Shown here: positions 1 through 10,246 of the stretch, one piece after another | How the letters are laid out: the number at the start of each line of letters is the position of its first letter | How positions within the stretch are numbered: position 1 is the first letter of the stretch | Assembly (NCBI GenBank): GCA_964584895.1 | Contig: CAZPAW010000002.1 | Span: forward strand, 66,748-130,747 | Length of the DNA: 64,000 bases | Source of the DNA: an uncultured Candidatus Saccharibacteria bacterium | GTDB taxonomy: Bacteria; Patescibacteriota; Saccharimonadia; Saccharimonadales; JAGQNJ01 | Reading direction: 5' to 3' | The notes under the pieces: model-generated | Database searches by the model: none | Told to the model about the DNA's origin: nothing | What the model saw: only the letters and a program-made list of their open reading frames with translations | Program-made: the position numbers and the translations under genes

Positions 1-183
1 AGAGGATGGCCAGTGAGATATTATTTAGAATCCGTGCCAGCAGATTGCGAAATCCAAGATACGCTTGATGCTGATATCTCATCAAATTTTTACCCAATTG
101 CATTTGTATTTGATTTAATGTTTTGGACACTAATTTCATCCGCAGTATTTTTTGGTTATAAAAAGCTTAGGAAGAAAAAATGA
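1..183 (+). CDS. 3' end of a membrane protein gene truncated by the window edge
   Basis: Frame 1 is open from base 1 to TGA 181-183, which overlaps the next ATG (ATGA). The tail FVFDLMFWTLISSAVFFGYKKLRKKK looks like a TM helix plus a basic anchor. Confidence 0.4.
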   Translation, partial: RGWPVRYYLESVPADCEIQDTLDADISSNFYPIAFVFDLMFWTLISSAVFFGYKKLRKKK

Positions 184-1145
184 TATATCTTGATTTATCA
201 AAACAACCAATTAATGAACCGATTCGGAAAGGTTTTGGCGAGGCATTGTTAGAGCTTGGCGAAAGCGATAAACATGTCGTGGCATTATGTGCGGATTTGG
301 CTGAATCAACCCAGATGCACTTGTTTGCTAATAAATTCCCTGAAAGGTTTGTAGAAATAGGTGTAGCAGAACAAAATTTAGTTACTGTTGGTTCCGGTAT
401 GGCATCTGCAGGAAAAATACCATTTGTTAGTAGTTATGCTGCGTTTAGTCCAGGTAGAAATTGGGAACAAATCAGAACTACAATTTGCTTGAATAACAGA
501 CCAGTGAAAATAATTGGGTCTCACGGCGGTCTATATACAGGGGCAGATGGCGCTACTCATCAAATGTTAGAAGACTATGCATTGATGAGAGTTCTCCCAA
601 ATATGGTTGTGTTGGCCCCAGGTGACTATATTGAAGCAAAAAAAGTTACGCTGGCTATGGCACAAGATCCAAGACCGAACTATATGAGAGTAACGCGAGA
701 GGCAACCCCTGTTTTTACAAACGAAAATACTCCATTTGTTATTGGAAAAGCCCAGATATTTTCTGCAGGTTCTGACGTTACAATAATATCGACAGGCGCG
801 ATGACCTATCAGGCATTAATGGCAACAGAAAAACTCTATAAATCCGGCATAGACGCTGAGCTTATTCATTCACCATCAATAAAACCATTAGATGCAGTAA
901 CAATATTATCAAGTGCTAAAAAGACAAAACACGTTATTACGGTAGAAGAACATCAAATTAATGGCGGGCTTGGTAGTGCAGTCTCAGAATTATTGTCAGA
1001 ACATTACCCTGTTCCGATAAAAAGAATGGGCGTAAAGGATAGGTTTGGAGAATCTGGTAAACCCAATGAATTACTTGAACACTATGGCCTAGACGAAAAA
1101 TCAATAATATTAACGGCTCATCATATGTTAAGCGAGGGTAAATAA
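180..1145 (+). CDS. Transketolase, C-terminal (pyrimidine-binding + C-terminal domain) subunit of a split transketolase
   Basis: 321-aa ORF with the transketolase Pyr-domain signature (FVEIGVAEQNLVTVGSGMA). Only the C-terminal half is encoded. The upstream gene is not the N-terminal half. Confidence 0.85.
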   Translation: MIYLDLSKQPINEPIRKGFGEALLELGESDKHVVALCADLAESTQMHLFANKFPERFVEIGVAEQNLVTVGSGMASAGKIPFVSSYAAFSPGRNWEQIRTTICLNNRPVKIIGSHGGLYTGADGATHQMLEDYALMRVLPNMVVLAPGDYIEAKKVTLAMAQDPRPNYMRVTREATPVFTNENTPFVIGKAQIFSAGSDVTIISTGAMTYQALMATEKLYKSGIDAELIHSPSIKPLDAVTILSSAKKTKHVITVEEHQINGGLGSAVSELLSEHYPVPIKRMGVKDRFGESGKPNELLEHYGLDEKSIILTAHHMLSEGK

Positions 1146-1147
1146 TC

Positions 1148-2059
1148 ATGGGCAGAAGTTTACAGCAAATTAGAACCGACTGTATTAAAGCTAGGGCATT
1201 GATGGAAAGATCGCGTCGGCAAAAATTCGCAGTCGGTGCTTTTAATATCGATAATCAAGAAACTCTAGTTGCAGTATGTAGAGCTGCTAAAGCAAAAAAT
1301 GCGCCAGTAATGGTTGAAGTTAGTAAAGCTGAAGTTGATGCACTTGGCTTAGATAACGTACGTGATTTGGTAGATAACTATAAAGAAGAATACGGGATAG
1401 AGATGTATATAAATCTCGATCACAGCCCTAGTGTCGATGATGCAATTGCAGGCATTGAAGCAGGCTTCGAATTTATTCACATTGATATATCTCAAGCGAA
1501 TAAAAAAGCATCGGAATCCGAGATAATTTCGAAGACAAAACGAGTTGTACAATTTGCTAAATCAACCGGTGCATTAGTTGAGAGTGAGCCCCATTATTTT
1601 GGTGGTGGATCGAATAAATTTGATTTTAAAATAAATTACGAAGAAATAAAAAAAACGTTCTCTACACCTGAAGGAGCAAAAGATTTTGTAGCTAAAACAG
1701 GTATCGATACATTTGCTGTTGCTATCGGTAACTTGCATGGTAAATACCCTGTTCCAAAAAAATTAGATTTAGTATTACTATCACAGATAAGAAAAGCTAT
1801 TGATTGCAACATTAGTCTGCATGGTGGCAGTGGAACACCAAGTCATTATTTTGAAGAAGCAGTTAAGATTGGTATCAGTAAGATTAATATTAATTCTGAT
1901 ATGAGGATTGCATATAGAGAAACTCTAGAAAAAGTATTAAAAAAAGATCCTGATGAATATGCGGTAGTAAAACTAATGGGAAAGGTTATTACAGAAGTAC
2001 AAAAAGTTGTTGAAAGTAAAATCGAATCATTTAATGCTAGCGGAAAGGCAAGACCGTAA
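1148..2059 (+). CDS. fba: Class II fructose-bisphosphate aldolase
   Basis: 303 aa. Class II aldolase family motifs are present (AFNIDNQE, LDHS, HIDIS, NLHG, LHGGSG). Confidence 0.85.
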   Translation: MGRSLQQIRTDCIKARALMERSRRQKFAVGAFNIDNQETLVAVCRAAKAKNAPVMVEVSKAEVDALGLDNVRDLVDNYKEEYGIEMYINLDHSPSVDDAIAGIEAGFEFIHIDISQANKKASESEIISKTKRVVQFAKSTGALVESEPHYFGGGSNKFDFKINYEEIKKTFSTPEGAKDFVAKTGIDTFAVAIGNLHGKYPVPKKLDLVLLSQIRKAIDCNISLHGGSGTPSHYFEEAVKIGISKININSDMRIAYRETLEKVLKKDPDEYAVVKLMGKVITEVQKVVESKIESFNASGKARP

Positions 2060-2060
2060 T

Positions 2061-3029
2061 ATGTCTGGCCGGCTTAAGGTTGTGTCTATCGGAGCAGCAA
2101 TACTCGATGTTTTCTTAAGAGGAAAGATTTTTGAGCCAATTAAAGAAAAAGACGGTAGCTTTACAGAAGAGTTCAAGCTGGGCACTAAGAACGAAGTCGA
2201 TGCAATAACCTATAGCACCGGCGGGGGCGCAACAAACGCAAGCGTCACATTTTCGCGACAGAATATTGCTAGTTACTTTATGGGAAAGATTGGTAACGAT
2301 ATTGCCGGTAAAGCCATCAGGGATGAATTACGTAAAGATAATGTTGATTGCAGTTTGATTCATATTAATGATCATGTTAGCACTGGCTATTCGACAATAT
2401 TACTATCACCAAACGGCGAACGAACGATTCTAACCTATAGGGGCGCCTCAAATGATTATCATTTTAAACGAAGTGATTTTTATAATATGGCGCCTGATTG
2501 GTTTTATGTGAGTTCTCTTTCAGGTGATATGAATTCGCTCGATGCTATCGTAAAATATGCAAATAATAATCAGATAAAAATCGCTATCAATCCTGGGTCT
2601 GGTGAAATAAGTCATAAAAGTTTTTTGCACTTATTAGACAATTTTACAATCTTAAGTTTGAATAAAGAGGAAATGCATCAACTTTTCGGGGCTGACTTAT
2701 CAATTAAGGAGTTGTTGATATTAGCCTCCAATAAAGTGCCGATAGTTTTGCTTACCGATGGCCCGAGAGGCTCTTATGTGTGCGATGGAGTTAGTATTTA
2801 TAAAGCGGGAACTTATGAAGATGTTCCTGTGATTGATAGAGCTGGCGCTGGAGATGCGTTCTCTAGTGGCTTTGTTGCAAAAATAATTAGTGGAGAATCG
2901 ATAGAAAAGGCTCTAACATTTGCAAGCGCTAACTCTACTAGCGTTGTGACAAAAATTGGGGCAAAAGAAGGAATATTACGCCATAATCATAAAATACATG
3001 ACATGAAAATTGAAATAAAAAGATTATAA
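2061..3029 (+). CDS. PfkB-family carbohydrate kinase (ribokinase-like)
   Basis: ATG 2061 lies directly after the fba stop. GGGATN and the DRAGAGDAF PfkB signature are present. The longer ORF from 2007 overlaps fba and is unlikely. Confidence 0.8.
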   Translation: MSGRLKVVSIGAAILDVFLRGKIFEPIKEKDGSFTEEFKLGTKNEVDAITYSTGGGATNASVTFSRQNIASYFMGKIGNDIAGKAIRDELRKDNVDCSLIHINDHVSTGYSTILLSPNGERTILTYRGASNDYHFKRSDFYNMAPDWFYVSSLSGDMNSLDAIVKYANNNQIKIAINPGSGEISHKSFLHLLDNFTILSLNKEEMHQLFGADLSIKELLILASNKVPIVLLTDGPRGSYVCDGVSIYKAGTYEDVPVIDRAGAGDAFSSGFVAKIISGESIEKALTFASANSTSVVTKIGAKEGILRHNHKIHDMKIEIKRL

Positions 3030-3079
3030 GCTGTAAGTCGAATGATGCTTATGCTAATGTGTTTATAAAGGATTGAACT

Positions 3080-4324
3080 ATGTCTAGAATGCTTTCAGAG
3101 TTATTAAATGCAGAAGAGCCTCTGTTTAGTTTGTCGATAAAGCAGCTCGAACAAGACAGCGGTAGACAAGGTCTTGATATAAAACTGTGTTCTGAAATTC
3201 AAACAAAAATTCGTAGAGCGATAAACGAACTTGGCTTGGACCCTGAAGATACCAAACCACGAGAACTATACTACGCATTAATCAATAAGGTTAAAGCAGA
3301 TGACATTAATCTTGCACAATCAATCGGCGTCAATGATCCTGAAAACGTTATCGAAGTATTACCGAAGATTAAGACTGCTATTGAAAATCTAAATATTCCT
3401 CGTTCATGTTGGGTCCTAAAACGAAGTATTGCAAAAAAAATCTTGAAGGATCATCCACCGAAGGAAGTCATGAAGATAATGAAATATCGATCTATTGATT
3501 CGATGCTAAAAAATGAAAATCTTGGTGAGATTTTTGGCGCAGTTCGTTTTGCCGAATCAGCCGATTGGTTAAGCGCTTTTAATGAAAAGTATACGAGCTT
3601 AAAACCAAGCGACTTTGAAAGTCGTTTAATCGAAATTATTGAAATGCCAATGGATAGATGGACTGACATTGCCGAGCCGTTTATTGAGAAAAAACGTCAC
3701 AATATAACGCATGTTAAAGAACTGGGTGTTATATTAATGCTCCCTATTAAAAAAACGAAAATGCCTGGATTATCAATAACAGTACTGCCATTACTACTTC
3801 ATTACATCAATGAAATTAGGTTATATTCTAGTTTTTTCAAGTTAAAGCAAGTCCAGCCAAATTTTGGGAAAATTGTAGCCGATACTCTTAATGCCGATCC
3901 AAGCAATGCCACTATAATCGCTGGTCAAAATATCCACTGGCGTGTTTTACAAAGATATTTTGGTAAACTTGAAAATGAAAATCACCCAGAAATATTTGAA
4001 CCTCATGTTCAGCCAGAAGATCTTCATTGGAGACACGCCGAATCAGTCTTATTTGATATAGATCCCAAAATTAATTTTTGGAAAGGTCTTGATTACGTAG
4101 GTTTAGTGGATGGAAAGCGCCCTGTGGTTTTTAACCTAATGGATATTGCAGTAGCTTATGTAAATAATGCGAGATACGAAAACAGAGTATTCTATCATTT
4201 TAGAGAGAGCCTATGGAATGAAATATTTGCTCGATATATGGGCGAGAAAACTTTAGAGGATCAGGTTCTAAAACAACTAGATAACGATATGATTAAGCCA
4301 GAGTTAATAGAGTTGGGAGAATAA
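3080..4324 (+). CDS. Hypothetical protein (414 aa), no family recognised
   Basis: Long uninterrupted ORF with AAAGGA 7 nt upstream of the ATG. Its stop TAA overlaps the next ATG by 1 nt. Confidence 0.6.
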   Translation: MSRMLSELLNAEEPLFSLSIKQLEQDSGRQGLDIKLCSEIQTKIRRAINELGLDPEDTKPRELYYALINKVKADDINLAQSIGVNDPENVIEVLPKIKTAIENLNIPRSCWVLKRSIAKKILKDHPPKEVMKIMKYRSIDSMLKNENLGEIFGAVRFAESADWLSAFNEKYTSLKPSDFESRLIEIIEMPMDRWTDIAEPFIEKKRHNITHVKELGVILMLPIKKTKMPGLSITVLPLLLHYINEIRLYSSFFKLKQVQPNFGKIVADTLNADPSNATIIAGQNIHWRVLQRYFGKLENENHPEIFEPHVQPEDLHWRHAESVLFDIDPKINFWKGLDYVGLVDGKRPVVFNLMDIAVAYVNNARYENRVFYHFRESLWNEIFARYMGEKTLEDQVLKQLDNDMIKPELIELGE

Positions 4325-4974
4325 TGAACTACCTTTTTCGCGAAATAAAAGAAGGCGACAAAACAATAATCGAGCAACGATTTACTATATGCGTTTCTGG
4401 GGCTGCGGCTGGTCATACTGTCGATATAGACTACGAACTTGCAATAAAACTGGGAAGAGAAATCGCGAAACGTGGCCATATTTTAACAACAGGGGCAAGT
4501 GTTGGCTTGCCCAATGCTGCAGCAGAAGGGTCCAGTATGGAAGGTGGTATGAGTATAGGTTTTTCTCCGGCCGGTAGTTTACGTGAACATTTAAGAAAGT
4601 ATCGATTGCCGTATGAAAATTATAGTTTTATAAATTTTAGTGGCTTAGAATATGCTGGCAGAGATCTATACCTAGTTCAATCAAGTGACGCCATAATTAC
4701 AATCGGTGGACGGTTTGGGTCTCTTCACGAATTTACATCCGCTATTGAAGCCGGAAAGCCATGCGGAGTATTAATTGGAACTGGAGGCACTGCTGACGTA
4801 ATTATGCAGTTAATGGACATTCTAGAGGCGCCTCAGAAATCATTAGTAGTTTACGACAATGACCCCCAAATTCTTGTCGAGAAAGTAGAAAAGATTCTAA
4901 AGAAAGACAATCAAGATATCTTAAAACAATTCTCTAAAAGAGATGAATTTTGGTATCATAAAAAACAAAAATAA
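4324..4974 (+). CDS. LOG/TIGR00725-like Rossmann-fold protein (SLOG superfamily)
   Basis: VSGAAAG near the N-terminus and a GGRFGSLHEF motif resembling the LOG PGGxGTxxE motif. Translationally coupled to the upstream ORF. Confidence 0.6.
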   Translation: MNYLFREIKEGDKTIIEQRFTICVSGAAAGHTVDIDYELAIKLGREIAKRGHILTTGASVGLPNAAAEGSSMEGGMSIGFSPAGSLREHLRKYRLPYENYSFINFSGLEYAGRDLYLVQSSDAIITIGGRFGSLHEFTSAIEAGKPCGVLIGTGGTADVIMQLMDILEAPQKSLVVYDNDPQILVEKVEKILKKDNQDILKQFSKRDEFWYHKKQK

Positions 4975-5008
4975 CATCTGTAATTAGATTGCCTGTTAAA
5001 CTATTTCT

Positions 5009-6970
5009 ATGAGTAATTTTAAACTTTCTTCGTTATATGAGCCAAAAGGAGATCAACCAGCTGCAATAGAGTCGTTAATATCTGGTTTAAAAAATAATTG
5101 CCATGAACAAACGTTGTTAGGAGTGACCGGATCGGGTAAAACCTTCACAATGGCAAATGTAGTTCAAAAAATAAATAAACCGACGCTTGTTCTAGCGCAT
5201 AATAAAACTCTTGCGGCTCAACTTTATAACGAATTTAAAAATTATTTTCCTCATAACGCAGTTCATTATTTTGTAAGTTACTTCGATTATTATCAACCTG
5301 AGGCATATATTGCTCGATCAGATACTTATATTGAAAAAGATAGTCAAATCAATGAAGAGATTGATAGACTACGTCACGCCGCTACAGATTCGCTTTTAGC
5401 TCGAAAAGACGTATTGATAGTTGCCAGCGTTAGTTGTATATACGGCATAGGCTCTGTAGAGGATTATGGAAATTTGGCATTAACGGTAAAAACAGGGGAG
5501 CGTCGAGTAAGAGACAAATTTTTACGGCAACTGACCGACATCCAGTATCAACGCAACGACATCGATTTTCACAGAGGAACTTTTAGGGTCAGGGGCGATG
5601 TCGTCGACGTATATCCTGCAAGTGAAGAACTGGCTTACAGAATTGAATTTTTTGATGATGAAGTAGAACGAATTATTCAGATTGATCCGTTGACCGGAGA
5701 AGTTTTAAAAAGACTATCATTAATAAGTGTTTTTCCAAGCAGTCACTATGTTACCCCTGAATCAAAGCTAAAAATTGCTATGAATCAAATCGAAGATGAA
5801 TTATCGAACAGATTGAATTTTTTTAAAAAAAATGGCCAGCTATTAGAAGCTCAACGCCTAGAACAGAGAACACGATTTGACCTTGAAATGCTCCAAGAAA
5901 CTGGTTTTGTGAAGGGTATCGAAAACTACAGTAGATATTTAACTAACCGAGAACAGGGTGAACAGCCTGCTACTTTACTTGATTATTTTCCAGATGATTA
6001 TTTGATGTTTATCGACGAATCTCACATGACAATTCCTCAAATTAGAGGTATGTATAATGGTGATCGTTCTCGAAAAGAAGTCCTTGTTGAACATGGTTTT
6101 CGATTACCGAGCGCGCTGGATAACCGCCCTCTAACTTTTTCCGAATTCGAACAACATATCAATAATGTAATCTACGTGAGTGCTACGCCAGCTGAATATG
6201 AGTTATCAAGGAGTAAAAATTTAGTAGAGCAAGTAATTCGTCCTACCGGCTTAGTAGATCCAGAAGTTATCGTTAGACCTGTCGAAAATCAAGTCGATGA
6301 CTTATTATCGGAGATTAGAAAATCGGTCGATAAACATCATCGCGTACTCGTCACAACACTCACTAAACGAATGGCAGAAGACCTTACTGATTATCTAAAA
6401 GATTTAAATATTAAAGTTTCATATGTCCATAGCGGCGTTGATACATTAGAAAGATCTGATATTTTGCGAGATCTTAGATTGGGAACATTCGATGTTTTAG
6501 TTGGAATCAATTTACTGAGAGAAGGTCTCGATTTACCAGAAGTCAGCTTAGTGGCAATCTTAGACGCAGACAAAGAAGGTTTCTTACGAAGCGATCAAGC
6601 ATTGATTCAGACTATTGGCCGAGCGGCAAGACATGTTGAAGGTAGGGTGATAATGTATGCCGATAAAGTAACCGGAAGTATGCAGCGAGCAATCTCAGAG
6701 ACGGATAGACGTCGCGCTAAACAAGTTGAGTATAATAAAGCTAATAATATAACCCCTAAAGGTATTGCAAAAGCAATTGAAACCAGCATGCTAGCGAATG
6801 TTGAAAAACCTGATAAGAAAAAGATTAATCTAAATAAAATTCCTAAAGACGAATACGGCTCGCTAGTAAGGGATTTGACTTCACAAATGGAGCTAGCATC
6901 GGCAAATCTACAGTTTGAAAAAGCCGCCGAACTTCGTGATTTAATTGCAAAGATAAAAGAAAAAATCTAA
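5009..6970 (+). CDS. uvrB: Excinuclease ABC subunit B
   Basis: 653 aa. Walker A GSGKTFT, helicase motifs and a C-terminal UVR domain ([13 protein letters not shown]). Confidence 0.97.
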   Translation: MSNFKLSSLYEPKGDQPAAIESLISGLKNNCHEQTLLGVTGSGKTFTMANVVQKINKPTLVLAHNKTLAAQLYNEFKNYFPHNAVHYFVSYFDYYQPEAYIARSDTYIEKDSQINEEIDRLRHAATDSLLARKDVLIVASVSCIYGIGSVEDYGNLALTVKTGERRVRDKFLRQLTDIQYQRNDIDFHRGTFRVRGDVVDVYPASEELAYRIEFFDDEVERIIQIDPLTGEVLKRLSLISVFPSSHYVTPESKLKIAMNQIEDELSNRLNFFKKNGQLLEAQRLEQRTRFDLEMLQETGFVKGIENYSRYLTNREQGEQPATLLDYFPDDYLMFIDESHMTIPQIRGMYNGDRSRKEVLVEHGFRLPSALDNRPLTFSEFEQHINNVIYVSATPAEYELSRSKNLVEQVIRPTGLVDPEVIVRPVENQVDDLLSEIRKSVDKHHRVLVTTLTKRMAEDLTDYLKDLNIKVSYVHSGVDTLERSDILRDLRLGTFDVLVGINLLREGLDLPEVSLVAILDADKEGFLRSDQALIQTIGRAARHVEGRVIMYADKVTGSMQRAISETDRRRAKQVEYNKANNITPKGIAKAIETSMLANVEKPDKKKINLNKIPKDEYGSLVRDLTSQMELASANLQFEKAAELRDLIAKIKEKI

Positions 6971-8016
6971 ACTGGTGTATTCTCTACTACTTCAATAACA
7001 TCCGTATCATATAATATTTTCGATATTGCTCTGCCGTTTCTAACTGGATTTATTACTATCCCGTGTGATCTACCTTTAACAGGGAATAGCTTAAGATTTT
7101 CAAATTCCTCAACGAGTCTGTTCCACATTTTCAGCTCGCCAACTGGATCTTTATCGCCCGTTAGAACACTAACATTAGCGTGCTCTAAACGTCTTAACAT
7201 TGATTCAATATCGTTAGGGTCACTTCCGGAAAGTATATCCAGTCCTAGATGAGCTAAAGGGTATACATCATCTTTGCTAAAATGACCTGAATCAACAAGA
7301 TCCATAAATAAACCCCAAAGTCTATTGGGAGGTGTCGTAGCAATCTCTACGCCTACGTCCGGAACAACTGAGAATAAAAATCTACCAAATTTTTTTAAAT
7401 GAGAATATTTATCACCTTCACCACCTTCTTCGACCAGTGCAACAGCATTTAAAACTATGCCGGTTACTTGTTGTAATCGTCTCTCGTCCATTCTATTTAT
7501 TAGCTCTTTTGTAATAATGCTACTCATTGATGTCGAGACAAAGAATAAGGGTGATGCAGAAGGTACTACGTCGTCAATTAATCGGAGTCTAGTGTCGCCC
7601 ATTGCTACTAAATCATGCTGATGTCGCTGAGAGTGGGTATAACGATCTGCGCCTGGCCCGTAACCATCCGTAGCGATACCGTGAAAATAAACGTGGGGTG
7701 CATACCGAGCTAGAGTGTGCTGAAATTTACGTCCAACCCCGTGTCCAGTATGCTCTATGAAGCCAGGTAATATTAAGGCGTGCGGTGGATTATCTACTAG
7801 AACTCTCGGCGTAGTCTCGTAGACATTAATTCCAAAACCATCGACGTAATATGTTTCATGCGTTGACCGCTCGGATACAGAGTCGCTAGGGTCCGCATAT
7901 AATGCAGTTTCATTTGTTAGTTGTATTGGTTTACGGAGTAGCTTTTGTTGTGTTTCGCTATCTTCGTAAATCAGACCACCTCTAAGATTTTCAAAGCTCT
8001 GTTCACCGTTAGACAT
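6967..8016 (-). CDS. Hypothetical protein, possibly alpha/beta-hydrolase fold
   Basis: 349-aa ORF convergent with uvrB (4-nt overlap). The hydrolase call is weak and based only on the overall pattern (LILPGF...H, STSMSS). Confidence 0.45.
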   Translation of the reverse strand: MSNGEQSFENLRGGLIYEDSETQQKLLRKPIQLTNETALYADPSDSVSERSTHETYYVDGFGINVYETTPRVLVDNPPHALILPGFIEHTGHGVGRKFQHTLARYAPHVYFHGIATDGYGPGADRYTHSQRHQHDLVAMGDTRLRLIDDVVPSASPLFFVSTSMSSIITKELINRMDERRLQQVTGIVLNAVALVEEGGEGDKYSHLKKFGRFLFSVVPDVGVEIATTPPNRLWGLFMDLVDSGHFSKDDVYPLAHLGLDILSGSDPNDIESMLRRLEHANVSVLTGDKDPVGELKMWNRLVEEFENLKLFPVKGRSHGIVINPVRNGRAISKILYDTDVIEVVENTPV

Positions 8017-8109
8017 ATAGCGTTCTCCATAAAAGAAGTTACGATATCATTATACTCCTTTAATGATATTCAGAATATTTTGCATTTATTGATATACTGT
8101 ATTTCAGCA

Positions 8110-8406
8110 ATGACAAAGATTTCTAGAGAAGAGATATTAAAATTGGCAAAATTATCAAAACTTCGACTATCAGAAGATGAGATAGAGCAGTATCAGAAAG
8201 AACTTTCTGAAATATTGGACTATGTTAGTCAATTATCCAAAGTGGATACAAAAAATCTAAAACCTACCTCACAAGTCACTGGCCTCGAAAATGTAACTAG
8301 AAGAGACGAAGTTATTGATTATGGCGTAACAACATCGGATCTCTTAAAAAATGTTCCCGCTATAAAAGACAATCAAATAAAAGTTAAACGAGTAATATCA
8401 TTATGA
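8110..8406 (+). CDS. gatC: Glu/Asp-tRNA amidotransferase subunit C
   Basis: Starts MTKISREEILKLAKLSKLRLSEDEIEQY, typical of GatC. ATGA overlap with gatA. The N-terminal extension from 7945 is rejected. Confidence 0.9.
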   Translation: MTKISREEILKLAKLSKLRLSEDEIEQYQKELSEILDYVSQLSKVDTKNLKPTSQVTGLENVTRRDEVIDYGVTTSDLLKNVPAIKDNQIKVKRVISL

Positions 8407-9830
8407 AATTTATGTGGCCTAGTATTGCTGAAATCACAGAGGGGGTTAAAACCGGCAAACAAACAGCAATAATGAATTTAGATGAGGCTTTTAAGCGTCT
8501 TGATACTAATAAAGATTTCAATACTACAATTTCTCTAACACGTGAACGTGCATTTAAAAGAGCAAAATTAATTGATGATCTTGCGGCCAATAAAAAAGAT
8601 ACAGGACGCTTAGCAGGGGTTCCATTTATCGCAAAAGATAACTTACTTACATTTGGAGGCGAGACTACAGCTGCTAGTAATATATTGAAGGGATTTAGAG
8701 CGCCATACCAGGCAACTGCTATAGAATTACTGGAAGCAGAGGGCGCAATTTGTATAGCAAAAGCTAACATGGATGCTTTTGCTCACGGATCGTCTACAGA
8801 AAACAGTGATTTTTTCACTACCAAGAATCCACATGATAAAACTAGAGTTCCAGGAGGATCTTCCGGTGGTTCGGCGGCAGCAGTTGCGCTAGGAATTGTG
8901 CCGTTTGCCCTAGGGACAGATACTGGCGGGTCAATAAGGTTACCGGCGAGCTATTGTGGAGTTGTGGGCCTTAAGCCAACATATGGATTGGTCTCGCGGA
9001 GTGGAGTAATAGCAATGGCCAGTAGTACTGACGTCGTAGGCCCATTAACAAATTCAGTAGAAGATAATACTTTAGTGCTTGATGTTATAGCTGGCAAAGA
9101 TCCTTTGGATAGTACCACTATTGATCGTGATAAATTTTCATACACTGATGTCGATATAGACTTGAATAATAAAAAAATCGGCATTATTAAGGAATGCTTT
9201 GGTGATGGCCTGGATCAGGGAGTACGTAGTTCGGTAGAGGCCTCTATAGCTAAACTTAAAAATCAGGGAGCAGAGTTAGTAGAGATAAGTCTGCCTTCAT
9301 TACCTTTAGCTTTAGCTGTTTATTATGTTATATGTCCAGCAGAAGTTAGTAGTAACCTTTCTAGATATGATGGTCAAAAGTATGGATTTAGTGATAAAAA
9401 TGCATCTAATCTAGACGAAAGTTATGAATTATCACGGAGTAATGGATTCGGTAAAGAGGCTAAACGTCGAATCATGATAGGGACTTATGTACTTAGTAGT
9501 GGATATTACGATGCATATTATAAAAAAGCTCAGACCGTAAGGACAAAATTAATCAATGAATTTAACAAGGTATTTGAGGAAGTAGATTTTATGTTAAGCC
9601 CTTCTGCACCAACAGTTGCTTTCAAGATCGGAGATAATGTTTCTGATCCTTTAAAAATGTATCTGAACGATGTAATGACGGTTAGCCCAAGCTTGGTAGG
9701 GGTACCCGCAGTAAGTGTTCCAATCGGTCCCGTTGACGGCATGCCGGTTGGATTGCAATTAATGGCGCCACAAAAGCATGATAGAGATTTATTGGGATTA
9801 GCAAAAGTTGTTGAGAGGTTATATATATGA
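8403..9830 (+). CDS. gatA: Glu/Asp-tRNA amidotransferase subunit A
   Basis: 475 aa with the amidase signature GGSSGGSAAAVA. Confidence 0.95.
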   Translation: MKFMWPSIAEITEGVKTGKQTAIMNLDEAFKRLDTNKDFNTTISLTRERAFKRAKLIDDLAANKKDTGRLAGVPFIAKDNLLTFGGETTAASNILKGFRAPYQATAIELLEAEGAICIAKANMDAFAHGSSTENSDFFTTKNPHDKTRVPGGSSGGSAAAVALGIVPFALGTDTGGSIRLPASYCGVVGLKPTYGLVSRSGVIAMASSTDVVGPLTNSVEDNTLVLDVIAGKDPLDSTTIDRDKFSYTDVDIDLNNKKIGIIKECFGDGLDQGVRSSVEASIAKLKNQGAELVEISLPSLPLALAVYYVICPAEVSSNLSRYDGQKYGFSDKNASNLDESYELSRSNGFGKEAKRRIMIGTYVLSSGYYDAYYKKAQTVRTKLINEFNKVFEEVDFMLSPSAPTVAFKIGDNVSDPLKMYLNDVMTVSPSLVGVPAVSVPIGPVDGMPVGLQLMAPQKHDRDLLGLAKVVERLYI

Positions 9831-10246
9831 GTCCAGAATATATGTTAATGCTTGGCGGTGTATTTATTATTGTTTGTACTTTTCTGGTAATTTCAATCAA
9901 ATTTGTTTCTCGTCGGGCAAAATTAAAGCCTAGAAAAAAAAGGTTTGACGCAAAATGGAAAAACCTACAACAATTATTAAAAGATAAGACTAAGTGGCCA
10001 GAGGCTATTCTAGAAGCAGATAAATTATTAGACAGAGCATTAATAAAGCGTGGTTATAAAGGTCAATCAATGGGAGAAAGGTTGGTTAGTGCCCAGCGAG
10101 ATTTTTCTAATAATGATAAAGTATGGTTTGGTCATAAGTTAGCAAAAAAACTCATCGAAGATCCTGAACTAAAATTAAGAGAGTCGGACGTTAAGAATGC
10201 CTTAATTGGAATAAGGCAGGGATTACGAGATTTAGGGGCGCTATGA
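9827..10246 (+). CDS. Hypothetical single-pass membrane protein inserted between gatA and gatB
   Basis: 139 aa with an N-terminal TM helix (LMLGGVFIIVCTFLVISI). ATGA overlaps at both ends. Confidence 0.6.
   Translation: MSPEYMLMLGGVFIIVCTFLVISIKFVSRRAKLKPRKKRFDAKWKNLQQLLKDKTKWPEAILEADKLLDRALIKRGYKGQSMGERLVSAQRDFSNNDKVWFGHKLAKKLIEDPELKLRESDVKNALIGIRQGLRDLGAL

Noticed and set aside
2007-2060. N-terminal extensions offered by the ORF track. These are 2007 for the kinase, 7945 for gatC, 21547 for malic enzyme, 45290 for tig, 22130 (TTG) for the rplS-rnhB orphan and 48081 (TTG) for rpoB.
   Set aside because: Each extension overlaps the preceding gene or a divergent promoter and adds non-conserved residues. 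Internal ATGs give canonical N-termini and sensible RBS or -10 spacing.
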